A stretch of 64,000 nucleotides of DNA from Alphaproteobacteria bacterium (GTDB lineage: Bacteria; Pseudomonadota; Alphaproteobacteria; JACZXZ01): contig DATJLQ010000001.1 in the NCBI GenBank assembly GCA_035509415.1, positions 101 to 64,100 of the forward strand, in the 5' to 3' direction. The notes beneath the pieces were generated by a model that saw only the letters and a program-made list of their open reading frames with translations, had not been told where the DNA came from and did no database searches. Shown one piece after another: positions 58,358-64,000 of the stretch; the first letter of the stretch is position 1, and each line of letters starts with the position of its first letter. The position numbers and the translations under genes were made by a program.

Positions 58358-58370
58358 GCGCGACGGGCCG

Positions 58371-59444
58371 ATGCTCGCCTATATCGTCAGGCGCCTGCTG
58401 CTGGTGATACCGACGCTGTTCGGCATCATGCTGGTCAATTTCGTCATCGTGCAAGCGGCGCCGGGCGGCCCGATCGACCAGGTCATCGCCCAGATCCGCG
58501 GCGCGCAGGGCGGTGCTTTGGCACGGATCAGCGGCGGCGGCCAGGGCGAGGCCGGCACGCCGCAGACGCGCGCCGGGCGCGGCATCGATCCCAAGCTCAT
58601 CGCCGATCTGCAGCATCAATTCGGCTTCGACAAGCCGCCGGGCGAACGCTTCCTGCTGATGATGGGCAACTATCTCCGCTTCGATTTCGGCAACAGCTTC
58701 TTCGAGAACGGCACCGTCGCCCAGCTCGTCGCCCAGCGCCTGCCGGTGTCGATCTCGCTCGGCATCTGGACGACGCTGCTGGGCTATCTCATCTCGATTC
58801 CGCTCGGCATCCGCAAGGCGGTGCGCGACGGCTCGAGCTTCGACGTCTGGACCAGCGCCGTGATCATCATCGGCTATGCCATACCGTCGTTCCTCTTCGC
58901 CATCCTGCTGATCGTGGTGTTCGCCGGCGGCAGCTACGTTCAGTGGTTCCCGCTGCGCGGCCTCGTCTCGGATAATTGGGCGAGCCTCGCCTGGCCGCAG
59001 CGCATCCTCGATTACTTCTGGCATCTGGCGCTGCCGGTCACGGCGATGATCATCGGCAGCTTCGCCAACCTCACCATGCTGACCAAGAATTCCTTCCTCG
59101 ACGAGATCAACAAGCAATACGTGGTCACCGCGCGCGCCAAGGGGCTGGGCGCGCGGCGCGTGCTCTACCGCCACGTCTTCCGCAACGCCATGCTGATCAT
59201 CGTCGCCAATTTCCCCGCCGCCTTCGTCAGCGTCCTGTTCACCAGCGCGTTGCTGATCGAGGTGATCTTCTCGCTGAACGGCCTCGGCCTCCTGGGATTC
59301 GAGGCCGTGCTCAACCGCGACTACCCCATCATCTTCGGCACGCTCTACATCTATACGCTGGTCGGCATCGCGCTCAACCTGGTGCGGGACATCACCTACA
59401 TGCTGGTCGATCCCCGCATCGATTTCGCGACGCGCCAGGCATGA
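58371..59444 (+). CDS. yejB: ABC transporter permease (YejB-like)
   Basis: 357 aa, DppB/OppB-type permease. Confidence 0.85.
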   Translation: MLAYIVRRLLLVIPTLFGIMLVNFVIVQAAPGGPIDQVIAQIRGAQGGALARISGGGQGEAGTPQTRAGRGIDPKLIADLQHQFGFDKPPGERFLLMMGNYLRFDFGNSFFENGTVAQLVAQRLPVSISLGIWTTLLGYLISIPLGIRKAVRDGSSFDVWTSAVIIIGYAIPSFLFAILLIVVFAGGSYVQWFPLRGLVSDNWASLAWPQRILDYFWHLALPVTAMIIGSFANLTMLTKNSFLDEINKQYVVTARAKGLGARRVLYRHVFRNAMLIIVANFPAAFVSVLFTSALLIEVIFSLNGLGLLGFEAVLNRDYPIIFGTLYIYTLVGIALNLVRDITYMLVDPRIDFATRQA

Positions 59445-60514
59445 GCGCCGCCGAGACGATTGGCGCGCGCCGGGCCGACCGCGTGCTGGGCCTGCGCGTG
59501 AGCCCGCTCACGCGCCGGCGCCTCGCCAATTTCCGCGCCAACCGCCGCGGCTTCTGGTCGCTGTGGATTTTTCTCGCGCTCTTCGTCGTGAGCCTCTTCG
59601 CCGAGTTCATTGCCAACGACCGGCCGATCGTCGTCTCCTATGCCGGTCATCTCTATTTCCCGATCTTCGCCAACTATCCCGAGACCACCTTCGGCGGCGA
59701 GTTTCCGACCGAGGCGGATTATCGCGACCCCTACGTCAAAAAGCGCATCGAGGCGAAGGGCTGGATCGTCTGGCCGCCGATCCCGTTCCACTACGATACG
59801 ATCAACTACGCGCTGAAGACGCCGGCGCCCTCGCCGCCCGATTCCGTCGATTGGCTCGGCACCGACGATCAGGGGCGCGATGTGCTGGCGCGGCTCATCT
59901 ACGGCTTCCGCATCTCGACGCTGTTCGGGCTGACACTCACCATCCTGAGCTCGATCATCGGCATCGCCGCCGGCGCCATCCAGGGCTATTACGGCGGCCT
60001 CGTCGACCTCTCCTTCCAGCGCTTCATCGAGCTCTGGTCGAACATCCCGACCCTTTTCCTGCTCATCATCCTGTCGAGCTTCGTCCAGCCGAACTTCTGG
60101 TGGCTCCTCGGCATCATGCTCGCCCTCTCCTGGATGCAGCTCGTCGATCTCGTGCGCGCCGAGTTCCTGCGCGCGCGGAACTTCGACTATGTCCGGGCGG
60201 CGCGCGCGCTCGGCGTGCGCAATCCCGTGATCATCGTCCGCCATGTCCTGCCCAACGCCATGGTCTCGACGCTGACCTTCATGCCGTTCATCCTGAACGG
60301 CTCCATCACCACCCTCACCTCGCTCGACTTTCTCGGTTTCGGGCTGCCGCCGGGCTCGCCGTCGCTCGGCGAATTGCTGCTGCAAGGCAAGAACAACATC
60401 ACCGCCCCCTGGCTCGGCCTCACCGGCTTCTTCGTCCTCGCCCTGATGCTGAGCCTCCTTACTTTTATCGGCGAAGCCGTTCGCGATGCGTTCGATCCGA
60501 GGAAGGTAAGATAA
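59441..60514 (+). CDS. yejE: ABC transporter permease (YejE-like)
   Basis: Internal ATG, ATGA overlap with yejB. DppC/OppC-type permease. Confidence 0.85.
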   Translation: MSAAETIGARRADRVLGLRVSPLTRRRLANFRANRRGFWSLWIFLALFVVSLFAEFIANDRPIVVSYAGHLYFPIFANYPETTFGGEFPTEADYRDPYVKKRIEAKGWIVWPPIPFHYDTINYALKTPAPSPPDSVDWLGTDDQGRDVLARLIYGFRISTLFGLTLTILSSIIGIAAGAIQGYYGGLVDLSFQRFIELWSNIPTLFLLIILSSFVQPNFWWLLGIMLALSWMQLVDLVRAEFLRARNFDYVRAARALGVRNPVIIVRHVLPNAMVSTLTFMPFILNGSITTLTSLDFLGFGLPPGSPSLGELLLQGKNNITAPWLGLTGFFVLALMLSLLTFIGEAVRDAFDPRKVR

Positions 60515-60517
60515 GGG

Positions 60518-60554
60518 AGTTGTCAGTTGTCAGTTCTCAGCTATCAGTCGTCAG
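60518..60554 (+). repeat. Left array of 5 tandem heptamers (TTGTCAG-like), inverted relative to the right array
   Basis: TTGTCAG TTGTCAG TTCTCAG CTATCAG TCGTCAG, immediately after the yejE stop. Confidence 0.6.
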
Positions 60555-60567
60555 ACTGGAGCCGGCC

Positions 60568-60933
60568 ATGCAGAACTTTCGGGATCTCAGAGTTTGGCGC
60601 AAGGCACATGACGTGGCGCTTTCCGTCTACAAAATGTCCGACGGCTTCCCGTCCGCTGAACGTTATGGCATCACCAGCCAAATGCGGCGCGCCGCTTTCT
60701 CGGTGCCATCGAATATCGCAGAAGGTTGTGGCAGATCGAGCGGTGCCGACTTTGCCCGATTTCTCGACATCGCCTTCGGGTCGGCCAGCGAGCTCGAATA
60801 CCTGCTCCTCCTCGCCGTCGACCTGGGCATTCTCGAATCTGCGACATATGACGCTATGCTCGCCGAGCTGCAGGAGGTCAAGCGCATGCTGACCGCGCTG
60901 ATTGGCCGCGTGAGGTCAGGCACTGAGAACTGA
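60568..60933 (+). CDS. Four-helix-bundle protein (23S rRNA intervening-sequence / IVS protein family)
   Basis: 121 aa MQNFRDLRVWRKAHDVALSVYKMSDGFPSAERYGITSQMRRAAFSVPSNIAEGCGR..., the hallmark of the PF05635/TIGR02436 family. Nested between yejE and yejF. Confidence 0.8.
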   Translation: MQNFRDLRVWRKAHDVALSVYKMSDGFPSAERYGITSQMRRAAFSVPSNIAEGCGRSSGADFARFLDIAFGSASELEYLLLLAVDLGILESATYDAMLAELQEVKRMLTALIGRVRSGTEN

Positions 60934-60978
60934 GAACTGACGACTGAGAACTGACAACTCACAACTGAGAACTGACAA
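60923..60978 (+). repeat. Right array of 8 tandem heptamers (CTGAVAA), reverse complement of the left array
   Basis: CTGAGAA CTGAGAA CTGACGA CTGAGAA CTGACAA CTCACAA CTGAGAA CTGACAA. Overlaps the last 4 codons of the IVS gene and ends 11 nt before the yejF ATG. Confidence 0.6.
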
Positions 60979-60989
60979 CCAACCCCGCC

Positions 60990-62615
60990 ATGCCCCTCCT
61001 CTCCGTCCGCAATCTCCACGTCACCTTTGCCGTTCCCGGCGGCGCGGTCGAGGCGGTGAAAGGGGTTTCGTTCGATCTCGACAAGGGCGGCACGCTGGCG
61101 CTGGTCGGTGAATCCGGCTCGGGCAAGTCGGTCACCGCGCTCTCGGTTCTGCAGCTCCTGCCCTATCCCATGGCGCGTCACGCGGCGGGCAGCAGCATCG
61201 TTTTCGACGGCGCCGAGCTGGTCGGCGCGCCCGAATCGCAGCTGCGCGACATTCGCGGCAACCGCATCGCGATGGTGTTCCAGGAGCCGATGACCTCGCT
61301 GAACCCGCTCCATACCATCGAAAAACAAATCGCCGAAACGCTTTATCTGCACAAGCACATGGCGCCCAGCGCGGCGCGCGCCCGGGTACTCGAGCTGCTG
61401 CGGCTGGTCGGGCTGTCCGAGGCCGAGAAGCGGCTCGGCGCCTATCCGCACCAGCTCTCCGGCGGGCAGCGCCAGCGCGTGATGATCGCCATGGCGCTCG
61501 CCAACGAGCCCGACATCCTCATCGCCGACGAGCCGACGACGGCGCTCGACGTCACCATCCAGGCCCAGATCCTGAAGCTGCTGAAGGAGCTGCAGGCGCG
61601 CTTCGGCATGGCGCTGCTGCTCATCACCCACGATCTCGGCGTCGTCCGCAAGATGGCCGACACGGTGCTGGTGATGACCAAGGGCGAGGTCGTCGAGGCG
61701 GGTCCGGTCGGCGATGTGTTCGCCCGGCCGCAGCATGCCTATACGCGTCATCTGCTGGCGGCCGAGCCCAAGGGCGCGCCGCCGCCGGCTGATCCCGCGG
61801 CGCCGGTGCTCGTCGCCGCCGACGGCCTCAAAGTGTGGTTCCCGATCCGCAGCGGCGTGCTCCGCCGCGTCACCGACCATGTCAAGGCGGTGGACGGCGT
61901 CGGCTTCGAGCTGCGCCAGGGCGAGACGCTCGGCGTCGTCGGCGAGAGCGGCTCGGGCAAGACGACGCTCGGCCTGGCCCTGCTTCGGCTCATCGCCAGC
62001 GAAGGCGCGATCTCCTTCGACGGCAAGCGGCTCGACGACCTCTCCGAGGGCCGCATGCGGCCGCTCCGCCGCGCGCTGCAGATCGTCTTCCAGGACCCCT
62101 TCTCCAGCCTTTCGCCGCGTCTCTCGGTGGCGCAGATCGTCGAGGAAGGGCTCAAGGTGCATCGCATCGGACGAAACGCGCAGGAGCGCCGCGCCATCAT
62201 CGACCAGGCGCTCGTCGAGGTCGGGCTCGATCCCGACTCCGCCGAGCGCTACCCGCATGAATTCTCGGGCGGGCAGCGCCAGCGTGTCGCCATTGCCCGC
62301 GCCACGGTGCTGAAGCCGCGCTTCGTCGTGCTGGACGAGCCGACCTCGGCGCTCGACATGTCGGTGCAGGCGCAAGTGGTCGAGCTGCTGCGCGAGCTGC
62401 AGCGGCGCCACGGCCTCTCCTATCTCTTCATCAGCCATGATTTGCGCGTGGTGCGCGCGCTCGCGCATCAGGTGATGGTGATGAAGGACGGCAAGATCGT
62501 CGAGGCCGGCCCGGCGCAGGAGCTGTTCCAGCGGCCGCGCCATCCCTATACGCGCGCGCTGATGGCCGCGGCCTTCGAACTCGAGGTGGTGGAGGGCGCC
62601 GCGACGACGCAGTAG
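60990..62615 (+). CDS. yejF: ABC transporter ATP-binding protein with duplicated ATPase domains (YejF-like)
   Basis: 541 aa with two Walker A motifs (GESGSGKS twice) and two LSGGQRQR signatures. Confidence 0.9.
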   Translation: MPLLSVRNLHVTFAVPGGAVEAVKGVSFDLDKGGTLALVGESGSGKSVTALSVLQLLPYPMARHAAGSSIVFDGAELVGAPESQLRDIRGNRIAMVFQEPMTSLNPLHTIEKQIAETLYLHKHMAPSAARARVLELLRLVGLSEAEKRLGAYPHQLSGGQRQRVMIAMALANEPDILIADEPTTALDVTIQAQILKLLKELQARFGMALLLITHDLGVVRKMADTVLVMTKGEVVEAGPVGDVFARPQHAYTRHLLAAEPKGAPPPADPAAPVLVAADGLKVWFPIRSGVLRRVTDHVKAVDGVGFELRQGETLGVVGESGSGKTTLGLALLRLIASEGAISFDGKRLDDLSEGRMRPLRRALQIVFQDPFSSLSPRLSVAQIVEEGLKVHRIGRNAQERRAIIDQALVEVGLDPDSAERYPHEFSGGQRQRVAIARATVLKPRFVVLDEPTSALDMSVQAQVVELLRELQRRHGLSYLFISHDLRVVRALAHQVMVMKDGKIVEAGPAQELFQRPRHPYTRALMAAAFELEVVEGAATTQ

Positions 62616-62626
62616 AGTGGCCGAGT

Positions 62627-63556
62627 ATGGCTCTTCTCTTCCTCTCCGACGTTGACAGCGCCCGTGACTGGCGGAAGGAGCTGGCAAAGCACCTCCCCGG
62701 TCTGGAGATGCGCGTCTGGCCTGAGCTCGGCGATCCCGGCGAGATCGACGCGGCGCTGGTCTGGCGCCCGCCGGCGGGACTCTGGGACCGGCTGCCCAAT
62801 CTGAAGCTGATCGCGTCGCTCGGCGCCGGCGTCGATCACATCTTTGCCGATCCGTCGCTGCCGCCCGGCGTCCCGATCGTGCGTCTCGTCGATCCCTACC
62901 TGACGACGGCGATGAGCGAATATGTGCAGCTTCAGGTGCTGCGCCTCCATCGCAACGATCCCGTCTATCGCGCCCAGCAGCAAGCGCGGGTATGGCGGCC
63001 ATGGCCGCAGCCGAATGCCGCCGAGCGCCGCGTCGGCGTGCTCGGGTTGGGCGTGCTCGGCCGCGACGCGGCCTCGAAACTCGAAGTGCTGGGCTTCGAC
63101 GTTGCCGGCTGGAGCCGCCGCGAGAAGCGGCTGCCGGGAATTCCAAGCTTCCACGGCGCCCAGGGTCTCGAGGCGCTGCTCCAGCGCTCGGAGATCCTGG
63201 TCTGTCTGCTACCGCTGACGCCGGCGACGGAGAACATCCTCGACACCAGGCTCTTCACCCGGTTACCGCGCGGCGCCGCGATCATCAATTGCGGGCGCGG
63301 CCGGCATCTCGTCGAAGCCGATCTCCTCGCCGCGCTCGACAGCGGCACGCTCTCCGCCGCGGCGCTCGACGTGTTCCGCGACGAGCCGCTGCCGCCGCAG
63401 CATCCGTTCTGGCGCCATGAGCGTATCCTGGTGACGCCGCATGTCGCGGCCGCAACCAATCCGCCGACCGCCGCCTTGGCGGTGGTGGACAATCTCCGCC
63501 GGCTGCGCGACGGCAGGCCGCTGCGCAACCGCGTCGACGGTTCAGAGCGCTATTGA
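62627..63556 (+). CDS. D-isomer-specific 2-hydroxyacid dehydrogenase (glyoxylate/hydroxypyruvate reductase A-like)
   Basis: 309 aa with NAD-binding GVLGLGVLG and the catalytic His in VTPHVAA. Confidence 0.88.
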   Translation: MALLFLSDVDSARDWRKELAKHLPGLEMRVWPELGDPGEIDAALVWRPPAGLWDRLPNLKLIASLGAGVDHIFADPSLPPGVPIVRLVDPYLTTAMSEYVQLQVLRLHRNDPVYRAQQQARVWRPWPQPNAAERRVGVLGLGVLGRDAASKLEVLGFDVAGWSRREKRLPGIPSFHGAQGLEALLQRSEILVCLLPLTPATENILDTRLFTRLPRGAAIINCGRGRHLVEADLLAALDSGTLSAAALDVFRDEPLPPQHPFWRHERILVTPHVAAATNPPTAALAVVDNLRRLRDGRPLRNRVDGSERY

Positions 63557-63931
63557 CCGCTCGTAAGGGATGAGGGTGTCGCGCTGCTGCTCGAGCCGGC
63601 GGCTCGCCGCCGCGACGCTTTCGGCGAAATCGCTCAGGAACACCGAGCCCTTCACCGTACGCTGCACCAACACCGAGCGGCGATCCTGATCATCGCGCCG
63701 GCGCCGCGCCAGGCCGAGCATGCCGAGCCGGTCGAGCGCGCGGGTGACGGCAGGCTTCGAGATGCGCAACAGGGCCGCAAGCCCGCGCACCGTGTGCGGC
63801 GGCGGCGTCAGATAGACGGTGAGGACGATGGCGAGCTGGCGTGCCGAGAGGTCGGGTCCGGCGCTGCGCACGGTCTCGATCAACACGTCCCGCCAGAGAT
63901 CCAGCGCCTGGGTCGGCTTAAGCTCGGCCAT
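63542..63931 (-). CDS. MarR-family transcriptional regulator
   Basis: 129 aa with wHTH (LAALLRISKPAVTRALDRLGMLGLARRRRDDQDRR). Convergent 15-nt overlap with the dehydrogenase gene. Confidence 0.88.
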   Translation of the reverse strand: MAELKPTQALDLWRDVLIETVRSAGPDLSARQLAIVLTVYLTPPPHTVRGLAALLRISKPAVTRALDRLGMLGLARRRRDDQDRRSVLVQRTVKGSVFLSDFAESVAAASRRLEQQRDTLIPYERSIAL

Positions 63932-64000
63932 CCCCGTCCTCGCCTTGGGCTGCCATAGCCGCCCATTCTCGGCGACGCAGGGTTGAGGAAACGTAAAGGG

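Noticed and set aside
60518-60978. Heptamer repeat arrays considered as a CRISPR array or minisatellite
   Set aside because: The repeat unit is 7 nt with no spacers, and the two arrays are inverted relative to each other around a gene. This is not CRISPR architecture, so it is reported as IVS-like flanking repeats instead.
60663-63146. 827-aa minus-strand ORF antisense to yejF and the 2-hydroxyacid dehydrogenase
   Set aside because: Arg/Asp-rich artefact opposite two genes with Walker and NAD-binding motifs.

Overview
High-GC (~68%) alphaproteobacterial (Rhizobiales/Hyphomicrobiales-like) chromosomal window, densely coding on both strands. No rRNA, tRNA, CRISPR or transposase was recognised. 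Three blocks stand out. (1) Housekeeping genes: groES-groEL with a CIRCE operator, dps, usg, heme A synthase ctaA, gdhA, pheA, kdsB, a membrane cytochrome c and an IMPase/HisN-like gene. (2) A zinc-homeostasis neighbourhood: a Zur-like Fur-family regulator, an exported Met/His-rich peptidoglycan-binding mini-protein, a DUF1007 + NicO/RcnA pair, and a perfect Zur box between a divergent TonB-dependent receptor-exbB-exbD-tonB operon and a ZnuA/TroA-type ABC importer. (3) A ~30 kb accessory catabolic island for hydroaromatics (quinate/shikimate to protocatechuate): a QuiC1-type fused 3-dehydroshikimate dehydratase, type II dehydroquinase, two AroE-family dehydrogenase paralogs, and TRAP and Liv-type ABC uptake systems with TetR and GntR regulators. 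Interleaved with it are unusual, apparently uncharacterised operons: PcaD-like hydrolase / class III transaminase / ACMSD-type decarboxylase / Gfo-Idh-MocA; cupin / acylating ALDH / TPP enzyme; and HMG-CoA-lyase-like / CaiB CoA-transferase. Predicted TetR operators are shared between two of these operons. Also present are an EmrAB-like efflux pump and a YejABEF-type ABC importer whose yejE-yejF junction is interrupted by an IVS-type four-helix-bundle gene flanked by inverted heptamer repeat arrays. Many long ORFs in the six-frame track are antisense or alternative-frame artefacts of the high GC content. Coordinates of short motifs are +/-2 nt.
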